Source: Candidatus Latescibacterota bacterium
Lineage (GTDB): Bacteria; Latescibacterota; UBA2968; UBA8231
Reading direction: 5' to 3'
Assembly (NCBI GenBank): GCA_965204725.1
Contig: OZ242005.1
Location: 832,001-896,000 of the forward strand
DNA length: 64,000 bases
In this document: in pieces, positions 39,417 to 48,497 of the stretch
Position numbering within the stretch: position 1 is the stretch's first letter
Layout: every line of letters begins with the position of its first letter
Made by a program: the position numbers and the translations under genes
Notes under the pieces: generated by a model
Databases searched by the model: none
The model's input: the letters and a program-made list of their open reading frames with translations, nothing else
Told to the model about the DNA's origin: nothing

Positions 39417-41217
39417 TCTGAATGCCAAAGATATTTTGGGGATCCAGTGCTTGTTTGGTCTTGCGCAGGACCTCGATGCTGTTGTCGCTCTGGATGTGCC
39501 GGACGAAGCTCTGGCGGATTTTGCCTACCCCGTGGTGGTGGGACAGCGAGCCGCCGTGGTCCAAAATAGTCTGCCGCAGGGCGTGCTCAACGTCGTGATA
39601 GACCGCAATGGGGTGCGCCAATCCCCGGCCGGAAAACCCCATCGTAAAGTAGATGCACACCCCGGTGTGGTACGTCTGCGTCACCCGGTACGACAGATAA
39701 GGCCGGCCGGCCACGCCGCGGGCACTGCACTGCGCGCTGAGCTCGGCTTGCACGGCCTGCGTCACGTCGTGAATGCGGCTCCACGGCACGGAGGTCTCAA
39801 AGGTCTCGCCCAAGAAATCGAACTGGTTCAAAAAGTCGCGGATATAGGCGATCCCAAAGGTCAGCATGTAGCCGCGCCGGCCGTTGGTCGCCCCGGCACT
39901 CTTGCCGCCGTGGGCCTTGGCCAGCTTGAAAATAGTCCGCTTCTGGTGGGCGACCTCGGCGCGGCTCCCTTCCATCGCGATCGTACAGGCCGCCATTTTT
40001 AGCGGGTCAAACCCCAACACCTTCAACAAGGCAAACTTCTGCACCTTTTCCTTGAGATGCTGCAAGGGAGAGGGCGCGGCCTTGAGCGCCTGCCCGAAGC
40101 GGAACTCTTGGTTGTTGACCAAGCGGATACTCGCCGGCAAGGTCCCGGTCTGGCGCAGCGCCTGCAAGTACGCCACGCCTTGGGCAAAGGACTTGAACAC
40201 CAGCGAACCGTATTCGCGCACCTCTGGCACGGGATGGATCTTGAGCACGGCCTTGGTGATGATGCCGAGGTTGCCCTCCGAGCCAAAAAGCAGCCCGCGC
40301 GGCTGGATGCCGGTCGAGTTGCGAGGCGTGGTGTGCAAGGTCTCCAGCGCGCCAGTCGGCGTCACTAGGGTCGCTTCGAGCACGATGTCTTCGATGTTGC
40401 CGTAGCGGTTTTTCTTCATGCCGCTGGCGTTGGTCGCGATCCAGCCGCCCAAGGTCGAAAGCTCAATGCTGTCGGGATCGTGGCCGGCCGTGTAGCCCCG
40501 GGCGGCGAGCGCGCGCTCCAGCTCCTTGCCCGCAATCCCCGCTTCGACGCAGGCTTGGAGGTTTTCCTCGTCGAGCTCGACGATCCGGTTCATGCGCCGC
40601 ATGTCAACCGAGGCGAAGACGCGCTCGTCGTCTGCGGGCAGGGCCAACGCGCCGCTGACGTTGGTGCCGCCGCCGTAGGGCACGAGGCACACGTCGTGCT
40701 CGGAGGCGAGGCGCACGATAGCACTGACCTGCTCTTCGCTCGCGGGATAGAGCACCAGATCGACCACTCGCCCCAAGTCGTCGCCGTAGAGTACGCGATA
40801 GACCTCATCGACGCTGAGCTGGCCGTGGCTGTGAATTAGGCGCTCGTCGTCGTCGAGCGAAACGCCCTCGCGGCCGAGCGCGTCTTGCCAAGCGGCGACG
40901 AGGCTGACATCGGCCCGCGAGGGCGGTACGACTCGGCCCTCTTTTTCGACCGCCCGCTCGTTGGGATCAATCGGGACTTGGAGCATCTCCTCGACAAAGG
41001 GGATGAAATGGGGCATGGTGAAGCCGGCCAGCGGATAGCGGCTGCCCGTAACTCGCACGGTCTTTGGCCCGTCGAACTCAAAGCGGGTGTCCGTGTAGCC
41101 CCATTTGTGCGGATGGCGCTCGCCATCGGCGAAATCGTAACACGCATCGGTCGTGGCTCGGCGAACCACGGCCGCGGCGACCGCAAGCGCGGCGACAACG
41201 AGGGCGAATTCGATCAT
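39376..41217 (-). CDS. agpS: Alkyldihydroxyacetonephosphate synthase (FAD-linked)
   Basis: WGY...GSRYPL, PYGGGTNV, GHDPDSIELSTLGGW...ASGMKKNRYGNIED, SEGNLG, ASIRL, IAYIRD, RVTQTY, CIYF, GGSLSHHHGVG, DPQNIF. Confidence 0.9.
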   Translation of the reverse strand: MIEFALVVAALAVAAAVVRRATTDACYDFADGERHPHKWGYTDTRFEFDGPKTVRVTGSRYPLAGFTMPHFIPFVEEMLQVPIDPNERAVEKEGRVVPPSRADVSLVAAWQDALGREGVSLDDDERLIHSHGQLSVDEVYRVLYGDDLGRVVDLVLYPASEEQVSAIVRLASEHDVCLVPYGGGTNVSGALALPADDERVFASVDMRRMNRIVELDEENLQACVEAGIAGKELERALAARGYTAGHDPDSIELSTLGGWIATNASGMKKNRYGNIEDIVLEATLVTPTGALETLHTTPRNSTGIQPRGLLFGSEGNLGIITKAVLKIHPVPEVREYGSLVFKSFAQGVAYLQALRQTGTLPASIRLVNNQEFRFGQALKAAPSPLQHLKEKVQKFALLKVLGFDPLKMAACTIAMEGSRAEVAHQKRTIFKLAKAHGGKSAGATNGRRGYMLTFGIAYIRDFLNQFDFLGETFETSVPWSRIHDVTQAVQAELSAQCSARGVAGRPYLSYRVTQTYHTGVCIYFTMGFSGRGLAHPIAVYHDVEHALRQTILDHGGSLSHHHGVGKIRQSFVRHIQSDNSIEVLRKTKQALDPQNIFGIQNGIFGRAGEKPEQ

Positions 41218-41250
41218 GGCTCCATCTCCTGTGAAGCAGTGGTCGCCAAA

Positions 41251-42303
41251 CTACAGCCCCTCCTGCACATCCTTTTTCCGCACTTTCCAGATAAAGGCGT
41301 CGTAGTAGTAATGGATCAGGGCAAAGGAACTGAGCAGCGAATAGCTGAAGAGGTCGAAATTGGTGTTGAAGCCGACTAGGCCAAAGCCAAAGTCGCGCAC
41401 CAAGCCCTCGCTCAGCGCGTGAAAGACGACGGCGTAGGCGGCGCACAGCAGGATGAAGAACTTGACGCCCCCCTTGCCCGCCACATAGCGCAGGAGGGCC
41501 GAATCGCCGCCCGTGCGCTCGACCTTGTGGCGGTTGTAGAAATACACCATGACGATGTACTGAAGCCCGTGCATAATCCGGTGCGCCACCGCAAAGACCA
41601 GCAGGTAGGCCGTGGTAAAACTAGTGAAGTACCACAGGAAATAGCTCGACAGCAAAAAGGCGTACTTGAGGGGATTGAGTGCCAAGCCGCGCCGAGCGCA
41701 ATAGGCGATGTGCCCCAAGTAAATCAGGCCGTAACCAAGGGCAACGGCCCAAGAAATTTGCTGGACCCATTGCACGGCCTCCGCGCTGATCGGCAAGTGC
41801 CACTCGTGCAACATGCGTACCCAGACCGTGGAAAACAGCGGCGACACCACGAGCATATTGCCGAAGAATATCCAATTGAAGGCCAAGTCGAACTTGGCGG
41901 TGGCGGGCGCGCCGGCCTGAGCCTTGAAGTCGTACACCCGCGCAAAGCCGTATTGCTGCATCAAGCTGTGCTGGTGATCCCACAAGGTCACGATCAAGAC
42001 CAAACTCAACGGCGCCCACTGGATTAAGCCATAAGCAAAGGCGACCAACACCACCGGCCCGAGAATGAACCGCTCCTTGAAGCGGGCGAACTCGGCCGGC
42101 GAGCCATAGACGCGCAGCCAAGTGACGAAGTGGTGCGGAATGGTCACCCACAGGGCAATGGCCGCCAGCGCGGCCCCCGGCAGGTAGTGCCCCGACACCA
42201 GCGCAAAGCAGACCGCGGCAAAGGGCAGGCCCACAAACCAGATATAGTCCTGCCGGCGATCGACGATATAAGCCGGTTGGAGAACGATGGAATTACTCGC
42301 CAT
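41251..42303 (-). CDS. Polytopic membrane protein with His motifs (putative metalloenzyme)
   Basis: Many TM segments; PHHFVT, WDHQHSLMQQYG, HRIMHGLQY, HYYYDAFIW. Confidence 0.75.
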   Translation of the reverse strand: MASNSIVLQPAYIVDRRQDYIWFVGLPFAAVCFALVSGHYLPGAALAAIALWVTIPHHFVTWLRVYGSPAEFARFKERFILGPVVLVAFAYGLIQWAPLSLVLIVTLWDHQHSLMQQYGFARVYDFKAQAGAPATAKFDLAFNWIFFGNMLVVSPLFSTVWVRMLHEWHLPISAEAVQWVQQISWAVALGYGLIYLGHIAYCARRGLALNPLKYAFLLSSYFLWYFTSFTTAYLLVFAVAHRIMHGLQYIVMVYFYNRHKVERTGGDSALLRYVAGKGGVKFFILLCAAYAVVFHALSEGLVRDFGFGLVGFNTNFDLFSYSLLSSFALIHYYYDAFIWKVRKKDVQEGL

Positions 42304-43870
42304 GAGCAGTGGCCAAAAGGGCTAACGCCACAGCGTCGGGGCTGAAGCGGATTTCGTGGGCGCGGCGCTGGCGCACCGCTGCGGCTAGCTCCTTGATTGC
42401 CGCTTGGAGTTGGGCCGCGCCCCAATCCTCCTCCACCTGTGCGCGGATTTCCTCAAGCGGCGGCAGGCGGGCCGGGCGGCGGCGCAACACCTGTAGGACA
42501 ATATAACCATTATCCGTGGCAAAGGGGCCGTGCAACGTCCCTTCGTCGGCGCGGAGGGCGCGGCTGACCGGGTTGTCGCCCTCTAAGGCGCCGCTGCCGT
42601 AGATCACGCTGACGAAGCGATCGACGAGCGCGGTCGTATCGCGGCCGGCGCGCATTTGCTCGACAAGGGCGATGCCCTCGGCCTCGTCGTGCGCGAGCAG
42701 CCGGCGCACCTCCACCTCGGCTTGGGTGGTGTACCGGAGCTTGTGCTCCTCGTAAAACAGGCGCAGGCCGTTGGGATTGGGCGCGGGCACCTGCGCTCGC
42801 AGCGCGTCCTGCAAACGCCGCGCCAGTTGCACCTGCCGCAATCGCTCCAACTCGCGCTGCAGGTCCGGGTCGGTGGCGAGCGCGAGACGCGCGGTTTCGA
42901 GCGGGACCAGCACGCGCCGCCCGACCTCGCGCCGCAGCACCTTTTCGCCCGCACCTTGGCCCTTCAGCAGGTCGCGGGCCTGCGCGACCGTTAGCACCCC
43001 GCCATCGTACGCAGCCACGACTGCCTCGGGCGACCGGCCCGGGGCCAGCCCATCCGGCTCGTAGCGCACGGCATAGCGCACGTGTAGGGTGTCGTAATAC
43101 GCCAACAACTGCCGCCCGAGCTTTTCCCGCAGCACCAAGCGCTGAATGGTCTCTCGCTCCTGCTCAAAGCTGACCGGGTGCATGTCCGTGAGCTTGATGA
43201 GAAAGTACCCGTCGGCGACCTGCAGCGGCTCGGAAACTTCCCCGACCTGCATGGAAAAGGCCCTCTCGGTCAGGGCGGCGTGCGAGGCCATGGTGTCGCC
43301 CCAGCGGTGATAGCCCATGTCGGCGCGGCGCTCCAAGATCCGCGAGTCCTGCGAGTGCTGTAGCGATAGCTCCTCAAAGTCGGCCCCGGCCGCGAGGGCG
43401 GCCAAAATCTCCGGTAGCTGCGCGGGGTCGCGCACCATTAGCAGGCTAAAGCGCACGCGGCGGTTGTACGGGCTGCGCTGGAAATAGGCCCGCAGTTCCT
43501 CCTCGGCAACCTCGGGCTGGGCGATCTCGGCGCGGGTGTACAAAGCCTGCTGCACCAGCCGCGCCTGCGCCTGCGCCTGCCATTGCAAAAACTCCGCGCT
43601 CTCGCCCAAGCCCCGCCGCTCGGCTTCCTGCACGAGCAGCGTTTGCTCGACGATGGCCTCCAACAGTTGCTCGGCCCCATACTCCGCCCGCAATTCCGGC
43701 GTCACCTTTGCGATGTACTGGCGGTAGTCGGCCACCCGAATCGCCGTTTGGCCCACCTCCACCAAAACCGCGTCTTCAGCCGCCCCGGCCGGACCGTCTT
43801 CAGCGCAGCCGCTTGCGCCGACCACGGCCGCGCAAAGCACCGTTCTCACCCAATGCTTATTCAGCTTCAC
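42293..43870 (-). CDS. Parvulin-type PPIase lipoprotein (SurA/PrsA-like, two rotamase domains)
   Basis: Lipobox GASGC; GADFEELSLQHSQD, ADMGY, GEVSEP...GYFLIK; GPFATDNGY. Confidence 0.8.
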   Translation of the reverse strand: MKLNKHWVRTVLCAAVVGASGCAEDGPAGAAEDAVLVEVGQTAIRVADYRQYIAKVTPELRAEYGAEQLLEAIVEQTLLVQEAERRGLGESAEFLQWQAQAQARLVQQALYTRAEIAQPEVAEEELRAYFQRSPYNRRVRFSLLMVRDPAQLPEILAALAAGADFEELSLQHSQDSRILERRADMGYHRWGDTMASHAALTERAFSMQVGEVSEPLQVADGYFLIKLTDMHPVSFEQERETIQRLVLREKLGRQLLAYYDTLHVRYAVRYEPDGLAPGRSPEAVVAAYDGGVLTVAQARDLLKGQGAGEKVLRREVGRRVLVPLETARLALATDPDLQRELERLRQVQLARRLQDALRAQVPAPNPNGLRLFYEEHKLRYTTQAEVEVRRLLAHDEAEGIALVEQMRAGRDTTALVDRFVSVIYGSGALEGDNPVSRALRADEGTLHGPFATDNGYIVLQVLRRRPARLPPLEEIRAQVEEDWGAAQLQAAIKELAAAVRQRRAHEIRFSPDAVALALLATAHGE

Positions 43871-45227
43871 GGTCTTCCTTCATCTTTTGAATCGTTGCCA
43901 ACTCCTGCTTGCTCTTTTCCACGTCCCCCGCTTTTAGATAGGCGATGGCCAATTTCCGGCGCGCATCCAAAAACTCCGGTCGCCCGGCCACCGCGGTCGC
44001 CAACACTTCGGCGGCCCGCGCAAAATCGCCCTCGCGCGCATAGAGCAAGCCCAAGAAGTAGTTGATCTCCACGTCTTCTGGCGTCCGCTCGTGCGCCGCG
44101 TGCAGGCTGGCTAGGGCCTCGTCAAAGCGCTGCAAGCGCATCTGCGCTTGGGCTAAATTGTAGTGGGCCTTGGCGTATTCGGGGTCCAAGGCCAGCGCGG
44201 CTTGGTATTCGGCGATGGCCGCGGCGAATTCGCCCAAGCGCAGGTAGAGGTTGCCTAAGTTGTTGCGGTAGCGCAAGCTATCCGGCGCGAGGCGCACGGC
44301 CAGCCGATAGGCTTCGGCCGCTTCGGCCAAGCGACCTTGCTCCGTGTACAACAGCGCGAGTTGCGCCCGCGCCTCGTGGTCGTCGGGCGCATTGCCCAGC
44401 ATCCGCAGTTGGTCGTCAATTTTGTCGAGTTGCTGGTCGAGCGCCCGAAACCGCGCCAGCACTTGGGTGCTCTCCGCAGAGTGGCCGAGCCGCTTGAGGG
44501 CATTGGCCAGCGCGAAGTACGCCTCCTTGGACAAAGAGTCGAGCGCGACTGCGCGGCGGGCGGCGCGTTCGGCAGCCGCGTACGCACGCCGCTTGAGTTC
44601 CACCTGCGCCAGATCGACGTACGCGGCTGCGTCCGTGCTGTCCAGCGCGACTGCCCGCCTCAGCGCGGTCGCGGCCCGCTCCAAGTCGAGTTCCTTCAGG
44701 CGCGTCCGGCCCAAGAGCCGATAGAAGGAAGCATTCGTCGAGTCGCGGTCCAGCCCTGCTTGCAGCAGCGTTTCCACTTCGCCGTACTCGCCGCGCAAGA
44801 AGTAGATGTACCCGAGGTCGTAGTAGGTCGTTAGATGACCGGGGTCTAACGAGAGTACCCGGCGGTGTTCGTCAATCGCTTGGGCGTAGTTGAGCTGTTT
44901 GACGTACAGGGCCGCGAGGTTGTGTCGCGCCGATACGTGCGTCGAGTCGAGTGCCAATACGCGCTGATAGGCCGCCATGGCGCGGGGGTAATCGAGCGAG
45001 CGCACGTAGGCATTGCCCAAGTTGTAGTGGATTTTGGCGGCAGCGGGCGCGAGCGCGGCGGCTTGCTGATAGGCGTCAATGGCCTCGGTGTGGCGGCCCT
45101 CCGAGGCGAGCGCAATGCCGCGCCCAAAGAGTGCTTCGGCTTCTATGGCCCAACCGGGGCGCACCTTTTCGGGCGGACTCTGCTCGGCACAAGCGTACAA
45201 TACGAAGCAGAAAAGCAAAGCTCTCAT
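43857..45227 (-). CDS. TPR repeat lipoprotein
   Basis: Lipobox LYAC; HYNLGNAY, RNNLGNLY TPR motifs. Confidence 0.85.
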   Translation of the reverse strand: MRALLFCFVLYACAEQSPPEKVRPGWAIEAEALFGRGIALASEGRHTEAIDAYQQAAALAPAAAKIHYNLGNAYVRSLDYPRAMAAYQRVLALDSTHVSARHNLAALYVKQLNYAQAIDEHRRVLSLDPGHLTTYYDLGYIYFLRGEYGEVETLLQAGLDRDSTNASFYRLLGRTRLKELDLERAATALRRAVALDSTDAAAYVDLAQVELKRRAYAAAERAARRAVALDSLSKEAYFALANALKRLGHSAESTQVLARFRALDQQLDKIDDQLRMLGNAPDDHEARAQLALLYTEQGRLAEAAEAYRLAVRLAPDSLRYRNNLGNLYLRLGEFAAAIAEYQAALALDPEYAKAHYNLAQAQMRLQRFDEALASLHAAHERTPEDVEINYFLGLLYAREGDFARAAEVLATAVAGRPEFLDARRKLAIAYLKAGDVEKSKQELATIQKMKEDREAE

Positions 45228-46852
45228 CGCGCCGCTCCTTCGACGAGCTCATGCTCTTGGTCGATTCCTAAGTCCGCGTATTCCTCGACCAGACCGCTCG
45301 GCCAATAGACGACCACGCGCTCAATAGTCGTGGCCGTTCCCAGCCCAAAGTGTAGCCGCAGGTCGCTCTGGGAGAGGAAGCTGGCACCGGAGCGCACTTC
45401 GTCGGTCTGCACCTGTCCGCCGCTTGTGACTTCGACGCGCGTACCAATGCCGGCGCGGTTGCTGTCGCGGCCGACTAGCCGCAGGCGCACATAGTGCCCG
45501 CCCGCGCCATCGTTGCGCATCAAGGTCGGCGCGGTGGCGACATTGGCGACTAGTACATCTATATCGCCATCGTCGTCGTAGTCGCCAAAGGCCGCGCCGC
45601 GGCTGACTCGTTTTAAGGACAGCGCACCGCCGTTCTCTACGTATTCTTCAAAGCGCCCATCGCCGGTGTTGAGAAAGAGCTGATTGCGCTGGGGGAAGGT
45701 CGCGTTCTCGTATTGCTCGACATCGCTTTCCAAGTGGCCATTGGCGATAAACAGATCGCGGTCGCCGTCGTTGTCGGCATCGAAAAAGCGCGTTCCCCAC
45801 GCCAAATAGGCAATCGTGCCCTTGCCCAACCCGGCGAGGAACGTCTCATCGACAAAGGTGCCGTCGCCGAGGTTTTTGTACAAGGTATTGGTCTCCCACT
45901 GAAAGTTGGTGACGAAAAGGTCGTAGTCGCCATCGTTGTCGTAGTCGCCCATGTCAACGCCCATGCCCGCTTCGACGTCGCCATCCTCGTTGTACGCCAC
46001 GCCGGCCAACAGCGCTTCTTCGGCAAAGTGGCCGGTGCCGTCATTGAGATACAAGAAGTTCAAGGTCTTGTCGTTGGCCAAGTAGAGATCGGGGTCGCCA
46101 TCGAGATCCACGTCGCCGAAAACCACGCCGAGCTCCTTGCCCTCGGCGCTGCCCAGCCCGGCGGCTGCCGTGATGTCGGCAAAGGTGCCGTCGCCCTCGT
46201 TCCGATACAGCACGTCGGTCACCCCGTCAAAAGCCTCCGGGCCGCAGTAGAGTTGCAAGCCGCTGCCGCCCTCGGCGCAGACGCGGTGGTTGGCATAAGA
46301 AAAGTTGTGGTAATTGCCCACGTACAAATCGACGAAGCCATCGCGGTCAATGTCGGCAAACGCAGCACTCGCTCCCCAGCCCTCGTCGCCGACTTGGGCG
46401 GCCGCGGTCACGTCGGCAAACGTTCCATCGCCCTCGTTCCGATACAGCACATTGGCGCCGAAGTTGGTGACGTACAGGTCGAGGTCGCCGTCGTTGTCCG
46501 TGTCGCCGACCGCTAGGCCCATGCCGTAGCCGGTGTCGCCGACGCCGGCGTGCTCGGTTGCATCGGCAAAGGTGCCGTCGCCTCTGTTCCGGTAGAGCGC
46601 GTTTTGCGGCGCCGGGTCGTATTCGGTCCCCCGCACAGCGGCTCCGTTGATGAGGTAGATGTCGAGGCGACCATCGCCATCGGAGTCGAAAAAGCCGCCG
46701 CCCGGACCGACCGTTTCAATGACGAATTTCTCGCCGTTAGCCCCGTTGACGTGGACGAAGCCGATGCCCGCGTCGTGGGTGGCGTCGTGGAAGTGCGGGT
46801 TGGCGTGGAGGGGGACGGATGCGAGCAGGAGGAGCAGGAGAAACTTGAGCAT
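45224..46852 (-). CDS. CRTAC1/ASPIC-UnbV family protein
   Basis: Signal peptide; FG-GAP repeats; SNRAGIG...SFLSQSDLRLHFGLG...WPSG. Confidence 0.9.
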   Translation of the reverse strand: MLKFLLLLLLASVPLHANPHFHDATHDAGIGFVHVNGANGEKFVIETVGPGGGFFDSDGDGRLDIYLINGAAVRGTEYDPAPQNALYRNRGDGTFADATEHAGVGDTGYGMGLAVGDTDNDGDLDLYVTNFGANVLYRNEGDGTFADVTAAAQVGDEGWGASAAFADIDRDGFVDLYVGNYHNFSYANHRVCAEGGSGLQLYCGPEAFDGVTDVLYRNEGDGTFADITAAAGLGSAEGKELGVVFGDVDLDGDPDLYLANDKTLNFLYLNDGTGHFAEEALLAGVAYNEDGDVEAGMGVDMGDYDNDGDYDLFVTNFQWETNTLYKNLGDGTFVDETFLAGLGKGTIAYLAWGTRFFDADNDGDRDLFIANGHLESDVEQYENATFPQRNQLFLNTGDGRFEEYVENGGALSLKRVSRGAAFGDYDDDGDIDVLVANVATAPTLMRNDGAGGHYVRLRLVGRDSNRAGIGTRVEVTSGGQVQTDEVRSGASFLSQSDLRLHFGLGTATTIERVVVYWPSGLVEEYADLGIDQEHELVEGAAR

Positions 46853-46868
46853 TTGGTAGGTGCGGTGG

Positions 46869-47135
46869 CTAGGGAAAGTGTTGGTAAAAATCTCGGCGTG
46901 GCAAACATCGTGCGAAAATTACGGTGCCCTCGTCGAATTGAAATCCAAGCCTATAGTCGCCGATTCGCACCCGGTAATGGTTTCCGCCGCCGCGGAGTTT
47001 TCGGACATCACTTATCTCTGTAAGATCGTTTGCTTCCTTGACTTGCTCTATCGCTGCCTTGACACGCGCTCCAATAGATCGATTTTGGATATGTCTGAGG
47101 TCTCTTCCAAAACTGTTTTTGAATAAGACTTTCAA
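46869..47135 (-). CDS. relE: RelE/ParE family toxin
   Basis: SFGRDL, RKLRG, YRVRIGDYRLG, RRDFY. Confidence 0.85.
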   Translation of the reverse strand: MKVLFKNSFGRDLRHIQNRSIGARVKAAIEQVKEANDLTEISDVRKLRGGGNHYRVRIGDYRLGFQFDEGTVIFARCLPRRDFYQHFP

Positions 47136-47138
47136 AAT

Positions 47139-48434
47139 TCAAGATATCCCTTCTAATATCTTAAATATCTGTTTTTCGGAGACAAACTTTGTTTTTTCTC
47201 CTTCTTTGATTGCATTCACCATAGCAATATCTTCAAGAATTTCCAAAACTGGCTTCAAGCTTTGGGCGATCCCTTTTACGAACTCCTGTCTGTCTTCCTT
47301 ATTAGATAGCAGCTTGAAAACCTTTGGGTCATTCAAATCCAGATTCAGACATCTATCGTCATATCGCCCATAGTCCCACCAAGGATACCACTTGTTTGGT
47401 TCTTCACCGCTCACTCTCTTCAATGCTTCTTTAAGTATGTCGTAACTTTCTCTATAATCCTTTTTGGAACAACCGATCCCGAACCAGATATAGTTAGGGT
47501 GATCTTTGTCCTTCCCAACTTCGAGTGAGGTAGCTTTACCCAACTGATAGTATAGACCTTCTGGACACTTCAAGCGTTTAAGGTATGGAATCTCTGATTC
47601 CAGCTTAACTCCAATTTCGTTCCACAGTTTCTTCGGTAACTCTGTCGTCGCGTTCTCCATCGCCTTGTACAAGTCTTGGACTAGAACGAGATTGTTATCC
47701 TGTGACAGAAGATCCTTTAATTCATCCATATATTTCCCCCTATCGTCTGTGCCTGTCAGCTTTAGGACAAGCTGTAAGTACTGGGTGACTACATCCTGCA
47801 ATGCGGCTTCGTTTTCGTCGCGTTTTTGGCAACGCTCCAACCAAGGAACAATATCCTTATAAGAAATACATTTAATAAATTTGCGGTCAAGATCACCAAC
47901 ACTATTGTCGGAAGGAGCATGGCCGTCAAGCGTCAGGTACAGCAGATGTATGTCGCTGTAACGCCGAGCTTCCAAGGCATTGTAGTACCTACACAGTTGG
48001 TGATCTTGATCTCTATCCCCGTTATTGCGCTTGCTTTTGTTTTCGATCACCACTGCCTGTTCGTTGGTGGTGATCAGGATGTCTATCTGGTTGTTCTTCT
48101 GCTCGTCCTGTGCGTTATGCCGTTCAAAGTGGCGTTCCCGCTCGACCTTAGTATGGCACTGTATAAAGCCCTCCACGAAACCTACCGGTAACTTCTTAAT
48201 ATGCTCTAAATGATCTAAAAAGTCCTTCAGGTTCTCTCTGGTTTCGTCTCCCGGTTTCTTATAGTCAAGCAGTGCGTGAAGAAACCGGGAGTGCAGAGTC
48301 TCGTTCAGGTGCCCCTCTTTATTCTGAAGAGAAGAGAAAACATTGAAAGGCTCCCGACATCCAACCCCATGCTTTTCGTAAAGCTGGGCTACTTTTGCCA
48401 GTAGCAACTGGTAGTTGTGATAGTTGTCGCTCAT
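47139..48434 (-). CDS. PD-(D/E)xK nuclease (PDDEXK_4-like) with antitoxin-like C-terminal tail
   Basis: HSRFLHALL, IDILI...VVIENK, DQDHQLCRYY, YLTLDG; AT-rich. Confidence 0.78.
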   Translation of the reverse strand: MSDNYHNYQLLLAKVAQLYEKHGVGCREPFNVFSSLQNKEGHLNETLHSRFLHALLDYKKPGDETRENLKDFLDHLEHIKKLPVGFVEGFIQCHTKVERERHFERHNAQDEQKNNQIDILITTNEQAVVIENKSKRNNGDRDQDHQLCRYYNALEARRYSDIHLLYLTLDGHAPSDNSVGDLDRKFIKCISYKDIVPWLERCQKRDENEAALQDVVTQYLQLVLKLTGTDDRGKYMDELKDLLSQDNNLVLVQDLYKAMENATTELPKKLWNEIGVKLESEIPYLKRLKCPEGLYYQLGKATSLEVGKDKDHPNYIWFGIGCSKKDYRESYDILKEALKRVSGEEPNKWYPWWDYGRYDDRCLNLDLNDPKVFKLLSNKEDRQEFVKGIAQSLKPVLEILEDIAMVNAIKEGEKTKFVSEKQIFKILEGIS

Positions 48435-48497
48435 GCCTCATCCTCTTGGGAATTACCATTGAACCTAACTAGGTGCTTCTGCGGCGTCAAAAAGTCC

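Noticed and set aside
41251-42303. Direct call as CarF/TMEM189 plasmalogen desaturase
   Set aside because: His-box spacing does not match; kept only as an unassigned candidate
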